Assembly: GCA_900319635.1 (NCBI GenBank)
Contig: ONPF01000014.1
Coordinates: forward strand, 21,009-85,008
Direction of reading: 5' to 3'
Source of the DNA: an uncultured Eubacteriales bacterium
GTDB lineage: Bacteria > Bacillota > Clostridia > Oscillospirales > Oscillospiraceae
DNA length: 64,000 bases
The position numbers were made by a program, and so were the translations under genes. The notes under the pieces were generated by a model. It was given only the letters and a program-made list of their open reading frames with translations, was not told the DNA's origin and ran no database searches. This document shows, one piece after another, positions 1 through 8,259 of the stretch (positions are counted from its first letter, which is position 1; each line of letters starts with the position of its first letter).

Positions 1-831
1 CGCGTGTTCCGTTCCCTGCTCCCGAACAAGCTGATGGTCGGCTGTTTTGAAACCGCGTTTCACACGACCATTCCGTTGTCACGGCGGATCTACGCCCTGC
101 CTTATGAGTGGTATGAACAATACGGCATCTGTCGGCTGGGCTACCACGGCGCCTCTCACAGCTATATAGCCCGCCAGATCCGCGCCCGGGCGGGAGAGCA
201 CTTTCGGCTGATCTCCTGTCACCTGGGCGGCAGCGGATCGATCTGCGCCATAGAAGACGGAAAGTCTGTGGACACCTCCTTCGGCTTCTCTCTGCAGACC
301 GGGATTCCCCACGCCAACCGAGCCGGAGACCTGGACGCCGAAGTGATTCCCTTCCTGCTGTCGCAGGGGCTGACCATGGACGAAATACTGGAGGGGATCG
401 ACAAGAAGGGCGGGCTTCTGGGTATTTCCGGCATCAGCAACGATCTGCGCGACATTCAATCTGCCGCAGAGAAGGGCAGCGAGCGGGCCGAACTTGCTAT
501 TGAAGCCTTCTGTGATTCCGTGGTAAAATTCATTGGCGCGTTTTACGCCGAGCTTGGCGGCTTGGATTATCTGGTGTTCACCGGCGGTATCGGGGAAAAC
601 GCAGCACTTATCCGGGAGAAGATCTGTTCACGCCTTTCCTGTCTCGGCGTGAAGTTCGACAGTGGCGCCAACCTTGCGCTTCACGGAGAGGGCGTGATCT
701 CGGCGCCCGAGTCGACCGCTGTGGTTCTGGTGCTTCCGACCAACGAAGAAGTCGGCATCGCCCAGACCATCCAGGAAAAGGTTTTGGCGGGAGAATTGCG
801 GCCACAAGCAGCGTCGGCTGCCGCGGTCTGA
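1..831 (+). CDS. Acetate/propionate kinase-family protein, C-terminal ~275 aa (5' end outside window)
   Basis: ORF 4..831 is open to the window edge. Motifs GYHGASHSY, NRAGDLD, FTGGIGEN and LPTNEE line up with the full-length AckA at 40498..41694, but the sequence is clearly divergent, so it is a paralogue. Confidence 0.8.
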   Translation, partial: RVFRSLLPNKLMVGCFETAFHTTIPLSRRIYALPYEWYEQYGICRLGYHGASHSYIARQIRARAGEHFRLISCHLGGSGSICAIEDGKSVDTSFGFSLQTGIPHANRAGDLDAEVIPFLLSQGLTMDEILEGIDKKGGLLGISGISNDLRDIQSAAEKGSERAELAIEAFCDSVVKFIGAFYAELGGLDYLVFTGGIGENAALIREKICSRLSCLGVKFDSGANLALHGEGVISAPESTAVVLVLPTNEEVGIAQTIQEKVLAGELRPQAASAAAV

Positions 832-848
832 TCAGGAGGCGAAAAAGC

Positions 849-1208
849 ATGTGGAAAAGATATCTTGTTGAACTTGGCTATGGAGCCGATCTGCATGGGA
901 TGGACGTCATGGAGGCGGCCACCCGCGCGGTCAAGGACGCCGTGTCCCACTGCTGCATGTGCGGCCTGGTTGAGACGCTGGGGGTCAAGGATCTCAGATC
1001 CGAGATCCGCGTCAGTATGAAGATTGGCGCGCCGGATCCCGCCGGGATTGACCCGGAGCGGCTGAAGAGACTATTGATTACGGACAATGTGGACGTGGAG
1101 GTCGTACAGGGCGGCATGACGCTCAACGGGATCCACCGGGATGAATTTGGAGAAGGGGATCAGATCATGGTCGTGGTCGCCGGACTGACCGTGTATGTGA
1201 AGGTCTGA
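849..1208 (+). CDS. Small conserved hypothetical protein, Lin0512-family-like (119 aa)
   Basis: It lies 18 nt after the preceding stop, with GGAGG upstream (835..839). MWKRYLVELGYGADLHGMD..AV..AV resembles Lin0512-type proteins by recall; the family assignment is tentative. Confidence 0.6.
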   Translation: MWKRYLVELGYGADLHGMDVMEAATRAVKDAVSHCCMCGLVETLGVKDLRSEIRVSMKIGAPDPAGIDPERLKRLLITDNVDVEVVQGGMTLNGIHRDEFGEGDQIMVVVAGLTVYVKV

Positions 1209-1263
1209 GGGACTGCCCGGAAGCCCTGGAGCGGAAAGCAGACAGAGAGGAGGCCAAACGTAT

Positions 1264-2031
1264 ATGGATTCGCTGATTCAGGTCACCCTTGTGGCAAACG
1301 CAGGCCTCCTGCTGCGGTATCAGGACACCTCTATTCTGCTTGACGCGCTCTTTTCCGGCGAGTCGTGCTCCTTTTGCGAAGCGTCTCCTGCCACAAGGGA
1401 GAGGCTTCTGCGCGGCGATCCCCCTTTTGATTGCGTGGATTACGTGCTCTTTACCCATCTGCACGAAGACCATTTCTCTGAGGCGCTGACCCGGGAATTC
1501 TTGCTCAGTCACAGGGTAAAGGGACTGGTGCTCCCCTACTCGGAGCGCTTGGAGCAAAGGGGCTTCTTTGATTTTGTGCAGGAAAGCGGAACACCCTGCC
1601 ATGTTTTGACCGGGGACAGCTGCAAGGCTGAATTTCGTCTTTCCGACACTATCCGGATCTCCGCGCTCCGTACCTTGCATCTGGATGAAAAGTACCATGG
1701 TGTTCTGCACTTTTGCTATCTGATTTCCTGCGGGGAGAAAAAGCTGCTGTTCACATCGGATGTTGACTATACCCGGGAGCAGCTTTCTTTTCTCGGAACC
1801 GACACTCTGCGAGCCGCTTTCGTAAACCCCCTGTTTTTCAGCGACCTTCAGCGCAGACGCTTTTTTCATGGCCGGCTGCCGGCGGAAACGATCGTCGTGT
1901 ATCATCTTCCCTTCTCTGAGAAAAAAGCGGGGCCGCTTCAGCGGATGTTCTCCCGCAGCCTCCAGGTCTGGCCGGAAAACGGCCCGACTGTGATCGTCCT
2001 CGAAGGGCAGCTTGAAACGATAGAGCTGTAA
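1264..2031 (+). CDS. MBL-fold metallo-hydrolase
   Basis: HxHxDH motif (FTHLHEDHF) in a 255-aa ORF with an AGGAGG RBS upstream. Confidence 0.7.
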   Translation: MDSLIQVTLVANAGLLLRYQDTSILLDALFSGESCSFCEASPATRERLLRGDPPFDCVDYVLFTHLHEDHFSEALTREFLLSHRVKGLVLPYSERLEQRGFFDFVQESGTPCHVLTGDSCKAEFRLSDTIRISALRTLHLDEKYHGVLHFCYLISCGEKKLLFTSDVDYTREQLSFLGTDTLRAAFVNPLFFSDLQRRRFFHGRLPAETIVVYHLPFSEKKAGPLQRMFSRSLQVWPENGPTVIVLEGQLETIEL

Positions 2032-2152
2032 TACTAACACCTAATAGAAATCTTTGATTCTTTCCGGTCAGAATTGCGCCATGCTTCGTTGCTTCCCTTG
2101 ACCATATATCTCCATTATGCTCTGCGGGAAGCTTTCTATCAGGTATTAGTAT
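2031..2152. mobile_element. MITE-like repeat, copy A (122 bp, about 20-bp imperfect terminal inverted repeats)
   Basis: The left end atactaacacctaatagaaa (2031..2050) matches the reverse complement of the right end tttctatcaggtattagtat (2133..2152). A 62-nt internal block is identical to 12719..12780. The element starts on the stop codon of the MBL gene. Confidence 0.6.
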
Positions 2153-2157
2153 AAAGA

Positions 2158-2184
2158 GCAGATCCGGCTATTTGAGCCGGATCT
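2158..2184. repeat. GC-rich hairpin (11-bp stem), first of a hairpin cluster 2158..2487
   Basis: cagatccggct-atttg-agccggatctg. A further hairpin gaccctccgtg..cacggagggtc lies at 2249..2277. Confidence 0.6.
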
Positions 2185-2443
2185 GTGCCGCGCAAGGCGT
2201 GTTTCGGCGCAAAGCGCGGAGCGCAGCTCGCGCGCATATGCAGCATTCGACCCTCCGTGTGACCGGCACGGAGGGTCTTGTAGGGAGAGCGCGCTTCGGC
2301 TGTCTTTCGTGTCGGAGAGGTGAACCGGACACGGCGGATCGAGGGAAATCCAGCAGCCGATCAAGCATCTGATCTGGAGGAAGAATACCATATTATTATT
2401 GCCAGCGGAAGCCCCCCTGGGGGATGAAATTTGTATGCAGCGC

Positions 2444-2487
2444 AACGTCCCTCTGTGCGTCACATCTGTGACGCACAGAGGGACGTT
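2444..2487. terminator. Perfect 21-bp-arm palindrome between convergent genes (possible bidirectional terminator or protein site)
   Basis: aacgtccctctgtgcgtcaca-tc-tgtgacgcacagagggacgtt. There are no flanking T/A tracts, so a terminator function is not assured. Confidence 0.5.
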
Positions 2488-2533
2488 ATCCTCAATCCTC
2501 TGGGCAGCGTTTTTTCATTTTCTCATGGAATGA

Positions 2534-3013
2534 TCATAGCGTTTTCAGTTCGGCTTTGATTTTTCCTGCCTCCAGCGACAAAAGCGCATAGCTTGGATGG
2601 GCCACGCGGCCGATCGTCCCCGGGTTGAGCAGCAGTATGTTCCCCTGTTTTTCGCAGTACGGATGGTGGGTATGCCCAAAGAGCGCAACCGAAGCCCCGG
2701 CCTCCCGGGCGGCTGCCAGCAGCGTGTCCAGGCCGGGCTCATACTTGACCTGGAAGAGATGGCCATGGCTGAGAAAAAAACGGATTCCGCCGATCGCGCA
2801 GATCAGCATACTGCTCAGCGAGGAGCGCAGGTCGCAGTTGCCCCGCACCGCGTAAAACGGCAGGGTCGGAAAGCGCTCCTTTACCGCCGCAAGATCCCGC
2901 TCCCCATCGCCGAGGAACAGGAACATGGCCGGCTTTTCCCGCTCAATCGCCTTGATCATATGCGCGGCGCAGCCGTGAGAATCTGAAAACACACAGAGCT
3001 TCATATCATTCAA
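2534..3013 (-). CDS. YfcE/MJ0936-family metallophosphoesterase
   Basis: Motifs MKLCVFSDSHG, GDGE, VRGNCD, GHTHHP; 159 aa. Confidence 0.85.
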   Translation of the reverse strand: MNDMKLCVFSDSHGCAAHMIKAIEREKPAMFLFLGDGERDLAAVKERFPTLPFYAVRGNCDLRSSLSSMLICAIGGIRFFLSHGHLFQVKYEPGLDTLLAAAREAGASVALFGHTHHPYCEKQGNILLLNPGTIGRVAHPSYALLSLEAGKIKAELKTL

Positions 3014-3044
3014 AACGCGGAGCCGCCGGCTGTCGGCGGCTCCG
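3012..3044 (-). terminator. Intrinsic terminator after ptsI
   Basis: 11-bp stem cggagccgccg/cggcggctccg (3018..3044), followed on the minus strand by cgtttt. Confidence 0.7.
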
Positions 3045-3061
3045 AATGGTCCTTACATTTG

Positions 3062-4741
3062 TCAGATGGTGGTTTCGCTGTTTGCCAGATCCCCCAGCAG
3101 CTTCTCGCGCACCACGCCCACGCGGGTCTCCCGCACCTTCTGGCGCAGGGGCAGCACGCTGCGCGGAGAGACGGACAGCTCGTCCAGCCCGATGGAAAGG
3201 AAGAGCTCCGTCAGCTCCAGATCCGCGCCCAGCTCGCCGCAGATGCCGCACCAGATGCCGGCCTTGTGAGCATTGTCGCAGGCCATCTTGATGAGCCGCA
3301 GCACGGCGGGGTGATGAGCGTCGAAGAAGCGGCCGAGATCGTTGTTCTGCCGGTCGCAGGCCAGGGTGTACTGGGTCAGATCGTTGGTGCCAATGGAGAA
3401 GAAGTCCACCTCTTTGGCAAGCCGATCGCTGATCATGGCGGCGGCGGGGGTCTCGATCATGATGCCCACGTCCACCTCGTCGGAGAAGGGAATGCCCTCC
3501 TTGGTCAGCTCCGCCTTCACCTGCTCGCACATCTTCTTGGCCTCCCGCACTTCCCACACGGAGGCGACCATGGGGAACATGATGGAGAGGCGACCGTAGG
3601 CGGAGGCGCGGTACAGCGCGCGCAGCTGGGTGCGGAAAATCTCCGGCCGGTTCAGGCAGATGCGCAGCGCCCGGTTGCCCAGGGCGGGGTTCTCCTCGTG
3701 GGGCAGGTTGAAGTAGCCGATCATCTTATCCGCGCCGATGTCCAGCGTGCGGATGACGACCTCCTTGCCGCCCATGTCGGAGAGCACCTTCTTATAGGCC
3801 TCGAACTGGTACTCCTCGGTGGGGTAATCGTCGCAGTTGAGATACAAAAACTCGCTGCGGAAGAGGCCGATCCCGCCGCCGTCGTTCTCCAGTACCGCGT
3901 GCACGTCATCGGGGTTGCCGATGTTGCAGTAGACCCGCATGTTCTGCCCGTCCAGCGTGACGTTGGGCTGGCCCTTCAGCTGGTTGAGCAGCTCCTGGCG
4001 CTTGAGGATCTCCGCCCGCTTTTTCATGAGGCGCGCCCGGGTGTCCTCATCCGCGTCCAGCACCACAGTGCCGGTGCCGCCGTCCACGATGACCTCCCGC
4101 CCGGCGTAGTCTTCCTTCAGCTGCTCGCCCACGCCGATGATGGCGGGGATGCCCATGGTGCGGGCCAGAATGGCGGTATGGCTGGAGCCGGAGCCGCCGG
4201 AGGTGACAAAGCCCAGGATCTTGGACTTGTCCAGCTGCACCGTCTCGCTGGGCGCCAAATCGTCGGAGGCCAGGATCACGGGCACCTCGGAGTCGATACC
4301 ACCCTGCACCACGCCCATGAGGATACCCACGATGCGGCCGGAGATGTCCTTCACGTCAGCGGCGCGAGCCTTGAAATAATCGTCCTCCATGGCGGCAAAT
4401 GCGTCCGCCTGCATGGCGCCGGCGTCGGTGACGGCGGCCTCGGCGTTGAGCCCCTGCTCCTTGATGAAGCCCTCGATGGCCTCCTCATAGTCCAGATCCT
4501 CGCACATCATCTGGTGGGTCTCGAAGAGCATGGCGGCCTCGTCGCCGGCCTCGGCTCTGGCCTTCTCGGCCAGCACGCCCAGCTGCTCGATGGCCTTGGC
4601 CTGGGCCTCCTTGAAGCGTGCAAATTCCGCCTCCCGATCCTCTACCTCATAGCGTTTGAGGGTACCCTTGGCTCTCTGATAAAAATACAGGGGGCCGGCG
4701 GCAACGCCGGTGGAAACGCCCTTTCCCTGAATGGTGATCAT
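3062..4741 (-). CDS. ptsI: Phosphoenolpyruvate-protein phosphotransferase (PTS enzyme I)
   Basis: Full-length EI-like sequence (MITIQGKGVS.., GGSGSSHTAILARTMGIPA, IGTNDLTQY). The start is set at the ATG at 4741, preceded by AAGGAG. The 42 extra N-terminal codons in the ORF track run through a terminator hairpin and were discarded. Confidence 0.95.
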   Translation of the reverse strand: MITIQGKGVSTGVAAGPLYFYQRAKGTLKRYEVEDREAEFARFKEAQAKAIEQLGVLAEKARAEAGDEAAMLFETHQMMCEDLDYEEAIEGFIKEQGLNAEAAVTDAGAMQADAFAAMEDDYFKARAADVKDISGRIVGILMGVVQGGIDSEVPVILASDDLAPSETVQLDKSKILGFVTSGGSGSSHTAILARTMGIPAIIGVGEQLKEDYAGREVIVDGGTGTVVLDADEDTRARLMKKRAEILKRQELLNQLKGQPNVTLDGQNMRVYCNIGNPDDVHAVLENDGGGIGLFRSEFLYLNCDDYPTEEYQFEAYKKVLSDMGGKEVVIRTLDIGADKMIGYFNLPHEENPALGNRALRICLNRPEIFRTQLRALYRASAYGRLSIMFPMVASVWEVREAKKMCEQVKAELTKEGIPFSDEVDVGIMIETPAAAMISDRLAKEVDFFSIGTNDLTQYTLACDRQNNDLGRFFDAHHPAVLRLIKMACDNAHKAGIWCGICGELGADLELTELFLSIGLDELSVSPRSVLPLRQKVRETRVGVVREKLLGDLANSETTI

Positions 4742-4770
4742 AAGACAATTCTCCTTTTCATGATGAATAG

Positions 4771-4804
4771 AAAAATACGGCTGTCTCGGGGCAGCCGTAT
4801 TTTT
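4771..4804 (-). terminator. Intercistronic hairpin/terminator between ptsH and ptsI
   Basis: 13-bp stem aaaaatacggctg/cagccgtattttt with A and T runs on both sides. It lies 10 nt after the ptsH stop. Confidence 0.7.
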
Positions 4805-4814
4805 CTGTGTCTTT

Positions 4815-5075
4815 TTACAGGTTGGCCTTGAAGAAATTCTCCAGCGCAGTGGCGACGGCTTCCTCATTGCCGCCCTCGACCTCGATCTTGACGGTGTCGC
4901 CCTGCTTGATGCCCATCTGCATGAGCGCCATCAGCTTGAGCGCGTTGACCTTCTTCTCTCCCTTGGTGATGGTGACGGCGGAGCCGGCAAAGTTCTTGAT
5001 CTCCTTGACCAGCAGGCCGGCGGGACGGGCGTGGATGCCCACAGGATCGGTGATGGTGTACTCAAAAGTCTTCAT
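4815..5075 (-). CDS. ptsH: Phosphocarrier protein HPr
   Basis: 86 aa with a GIHARPA His15 motif and a GGAGG RBS. The position aligned to the regulatory Ser46 appears to be Lys. Confidence 0.9.
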   Translation of the reverse strand: MKTFEYTITDPVGIHARPAGLLVKEIKNFAGSAVTITKGEKKVNALKLMALMQMGIKQGDTVKIEVEGGNEEAVATALENFFKANL

Positions 5076-5110
5076 AATGATCTCCTCCGTTTATGTATTG
5101 GTGTTGTGGA

Positions 5111-7297
5111 TTACTTCAAGCCGCACTCGACGCCTTCCAGGTCGTCGGAGTTGGTGAGCAGCATGACGACGGTGTCGTTATAGCCGGCCTTGGCAATGGC
5201 GGCCCGATCAAAGCCCAGCAGCTTCTGTCCGGCCTTGACCTCCGCGCCTTCCTCAACGAAAGCGGTAAAGCCCTCGCCCTGCATATTGACAGTGTTGACG
5301 CCGATGTGGATCAGCACCTCCATGCCGTCCTTCTCCAGGGTGATGGCATGCTTGGTGTCAAAGACAGAGGTCACGGTGCCGTCAAAAGGCGCCACGACGA
5401 TCCCGTCCTCGGGGGTGACGCCGATGCCGTCGCCCAGAATGCCGGCGGCAAAGGTCTCGTCTGGGATCTGCTCCCGGGCAACGACCGTGCCCTTACAGGG
5501 CTGCAGCAGCTCGCCGGCGGCGCACCGCACCACGGAGGGCATGGGCTCGGCAGGAGTCTCCTCCACAGGCGCCTCAGCAGGAGCGGTCTCCTTCTTGGCG
5601 GGGGCGTCCTCTTTCCAGATGAACCAGGTGATGGCAAAGGCCACGCCAGCCGCAATGAGCAGTTCGACCAGATACATGGGGACATTGTTGACAGCGGGGA
5701 TGCCGGGGATACCGGTGACGCCGTAGGTGGTAGCGCCGAAGGCCTTGGTCGCGTCGCCGGCGGCGTGCATCCAGGAGGCGAAGAGAGAACCGGCCGCGCC
5801 GCCGATCATGCCGGCCACGAAGGGCTTCATGAAGCGGAAGTTGATACCGAAGATGGCGGGCTCGGTAATGCCCAGGGAAGCGGAAAGAGAGGAGGGCAGA
5901 GCAACGGACTTGGTCTTCTGATTATGCACTTTGAGGGCAACAGCCAAGCAGGCGCCGAACTGGGCGAAGTTGGCCGCGGAGGCGATGGGCATCCAGGAGT
6001 TGACCCCGGTGGCAGAGATCATGCCCGCCTCGATGACATTGTACATGTGGTGCAGACCCATGACGACGGTAAGCGGGTAGATTGCGCCCATGATGGCTGC
6101 GCCCACGCCATAGCCGACCTTAATCAGCCACTGCGCGCCGGCCAGGACCCAGTTTTCAAACACGGAGAACACGGGTCCAATGACGGTGAAGGTGACGATG
6201 GCGGTGACGAGCACGGTGGTCAGCGGGGTGACGAAGAGGTCGATCATCTCGGGGACGATCTTGTGCAGCTTCTTTTCGATGAAGCACATGAACAGGACGG
6301 CCAGGATGACAGGAATGACGTGGCCCTGATAGCCGGACTGGGCGATGCCGAAGTCTCCGAACAGGCTCCACTTTTGGATCTCAATTCCGTTTTCGCCAAC
6401 TTTGTGTGTGGCGTTGATGTTCTCCCAAACCTTGTCGGAGAGACTATAGCCTTCCATCTCGCCGGGATTCTTTTCCGACGGGCGCTGGAAGGTGGGCATA
6501 TTGTTCAGCAGGGAGGGAGAGATCAGGCCGTCCGCCTCGGTTCCGTCGAAGGTATCCAGGGTGAGTAGATACGCTTCCACGTCGCCGTCACAGAGCAGCA
6601 GCTTCTCCTCATCGGTGAGCTCAGCGGCATTGATTCCATCCCGAACATATTCGATTGGGATCGGCTCATTGTATTTCAGCGCCACTTCCTTCACGTTGCC
6701 GGCATTCCACGCGTTAAGCAGGGCGGGATGAACCAGCATCAGGCCGATGACGGCGCCGAGGAAGATGTTGCCGCCGAAGACGCGGGCGGCGGAGATGGCA
6801 ACCAGCACCGGCAGCAGCGCGAATGCGGTATTGGCAACCAGATCCAGGAAGCCGAACCAGCCGGTCTTTTCAAAGCCATCCACGAACTTAGGAATCGCTT
6901 CCACAAGACCCATCATCAGACCGGAGGCCACGATGGCGGGCAGGATGGGCACGAACACATCGCCCGGGGTTTTCAGGATCTTCTTCCAGAGGGGCATGCG
7001 GGAGGCCGCTGCCGCCTTCACGTCCGCCTTGGTGGCGGCGGTGAGCCCGGTAACGGCAAGAAACTCGTCATAGACCTTGTTGACGGTGCCGGTGCCGATG
7101 ATGAGCTGAAGCTGGCCGTTGGAATCGAAGAGGCCTTTCACGCCCTCCACTTCCTCCAGAGCCTTGGTGTCGATCTTGCTGTTGTCCGCGATCACGAGAC
7201 GCAGACGGGTGGCACAGTGTGCCGCGCTGATGATGTTATCCTTTCCGCCCAGATGGGAAAAAATCTCCTCAGCGCACTTGCGGTAGTCAAGTGCCAT
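5111..7297 (-). CDS. PTS transporter EIIBCA (glucose/sucrose/beta-glucoside superfamily), 728 aa
   Basis: N-terminal EIIB with AAHCATRLRL (active Cys), a multi-TM EIIC, and a C-terminal EIIA-Glc-type domain (..VLIHIGVNTV..). It carries an extra segment of about 100 aa in an EIIC loop. Confidence 0.9.
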   Translation of the reverse strand: MALDYRKCAEEIFSHLGGKDNIISAAHCATRLRLVIADNSKIDTKALEEVEGVKGLFDSNGQLQLIIGTGTVNKVYDEFLAVTGLTAATKADVKAAAASRMPLWKKILKTPGDVFVPILPAIVASGLMMGLVEAIPKFVDGFEKTGWFGFLDLVANTAFALLPVLVAISAARVFGGNIFLGAVIGLMLVHPALLNAWNAGNVKEVALKYNEPIPIEYVRDGINAAELTDEEKLLLCDGDVEAYLLTLDTFDGTEADGLISPSLLNNMPTFQRPSEKNPGEMEGYSLSDKVWENINATHKVGENGIEIQKWSLFGDFGIAQSGYQGHVIPVILAVLFMCFIEKKLHKIVPEMIDLFVTPLTTVLVTAIVTFTVIGPVFSVFENWVLAGAQWLIKVGYGVGAAIMGAIYPLTVVMGLHHMYNVIEAGMISATGVNSWMPIASAANFAQFGACLAVALKVHNQKTKSVALPSSLSASLGITEPAIFGINFRFMKPFVAGMIGGAAGSLFASWMHAAGDATKAFGATTYGVTGIPGIPAVNNVPMYLVELLIAAGVAFAITWFIWKEDAPAKKETAPAEAPVEETPAEPMPSVVRCAAGELLQPCKGTVVAREQIPDETFAAGILGDGIGVTPEDGIVVAPFDGTVTSVFDTKHAITLEKDGMEVLIHIGVNTVNMQGEGFTAFVEEGAEVKAGQKLLGFDRAAIAKAGYNDTVVMLLTNSDDLEGVECGLK

Positions 7298-7352
7298 ATC
7301 CTTTCTCCTTTTCCAAGCAGCGGCCGCCCGCTTGAGCGACCGCTGAAATCTT

Positions 7353-7385
7353 TATTATCTTACAATAAAAGCAGTGCAAAGTAAA
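7353..7385 (-). promoter_or_regulatory. AT-rich promoter-like region upstream of the PTS genes
   Basis: On the minus strand there are two readings: TTTACT-17nt-TAAGAT, or TTGCAC-16nt-TAATAA. The register is ambiguous. Confidence 0.3.
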
Positions 7386-7413
7386 GAAAACGAAAAATTC
7401 TTGAAGTAAAATT

Positions 7414-8259
7414 TCAGCCTTCGTTTTTGTGACTTTCCACCAAACCCAGCTCCCGGAAGGCCCAGGCCAGGCCATCCTCGTCCACAGACGGGCAGACCAG
7501 ATCGCTGCGTTTTTTCAGCTTCGGACTGCCGTTTGCCATGCAGACGCCGATGCCGACGGTCTCGATCATCTCCAGGTCGTTCATGCTGTCCCCCACGCCG
7601 ACGGTATCCGAAAGGGGCATGTCCAGCGCCCTGCAGACCTGCCGGATGCCGCTGCCCTTGTCGAATTTGCGGTTGACAAGCTCGCCGTTGAGGCAGTTTG
7701 CCCCGGCAAGATCCTGCACCAGGAAGTAAAACTCCCCTTCCAGCTCCCGGATCGCTCCGGCCAGCTGCTCGGCCCTGGCGCACATGAAGACCACCTTGTA
7801 GATCGGTCTGCCGTCATACTCCGCCATAGGCCGGATGCCAAGATCCTTCTCCAGCGCCTCACGCCAGCGCAGAAGCTCGCTGTTGCCGCCGGAGCACTGC
7901 TGCAAGAACTCGCCCATCCCGGGATCGCAGTAGCTGGCGTCTCTGGCCTCGATGGTGCGCAGCACGCCCCCCTCTGCAAAGAGCCGCAGAGCGCGCTCCT
8001 TCTGCTCCTCTGTCATGGGGCAGTCGAACAGGACCTGATCGTCCATGAACACATAGCCGCCGCCGCTGGCCACCGCGCCGTCAAAGCCGTAGGCAAGCAG
8101 GGGGCGGAGCATGTCGTAATTCCGGCCGGTGCAGAGGAACACCTTGTGCCCCTGCGCCTGGGCGGCGCGGATGGCGTCCAGGGCGCTCTGGGGCGGGACG
8201 TTGCTGCCCGGTGCGGTCAGCGTACCGTCGATATCCAGAAAGATCAGCTTTTTGTTCAC
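7414..8259 (-). CDS. Cof-type HAD-IIB sugar-phosphate phosphatase
   Basis: Motifs FLDIDGTL and GDSMNDLEM. The start is set at GTG 8259, preceded by GGAGAGGAG, forming a GTGA overlap with the upstream stop. The ATGs at 8283 and 8292 are alternatives. Confidence 0.85.
   Translation of the reverse strand: MNKKLIFLDIDGTLTAPGSNVPPQSALDAIRAAQAQGHKVFLCTGRNYDMLRPLLAYGFDGAVASGGGYVFMDDQVLFDCPMTEEQKERALRLFAEGGVLRTIEARDASYCDPGMGEFLQQCSGGNSELLRWREALEKDLGIRPMAEYDGRPIYKVVFMCARAEQLAGAIRELEGEFYFLVQDLAGANCLNGELVNRKFDKGSGIRQVCRALDMPLSDTVGVGDSMNDLEMIETVGIGVCMANGSPKLKKRSDLVCPSVDEDGLAWAFRELGLVESHKNEG

Noticed and set aside
4742-4867. Long N-terminal extensions offered by the ORF track for ptsI, tmcAL (to 40471), rluB (to 57112), the oxidoreductase (to 56195), the anti-sigma (to 45400), ackA (from 40444), galE (from 26300), LOG (from 19042) and the amylosucrase (to 10172).
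   Set aside because: In each case a downstream ATG or GTG with a good Shine-Dalgarno sequence coincides with the start of family homology. The extension overlaps a terminator, a neighbouring gene or intergenic sequence.
7298-7413. A BglG/LicT-type RAT antiterminator or a cre site upstream of the PTS EIIBCA gene (TGAAATTTTACTTCA palindrome, and a hairpin at 7316..7346).
   Set aside because: There is no match to the RAT consensus, no central CG as in cre, no terminator overlapping the hairpin, and no antiterminator gene nearby.
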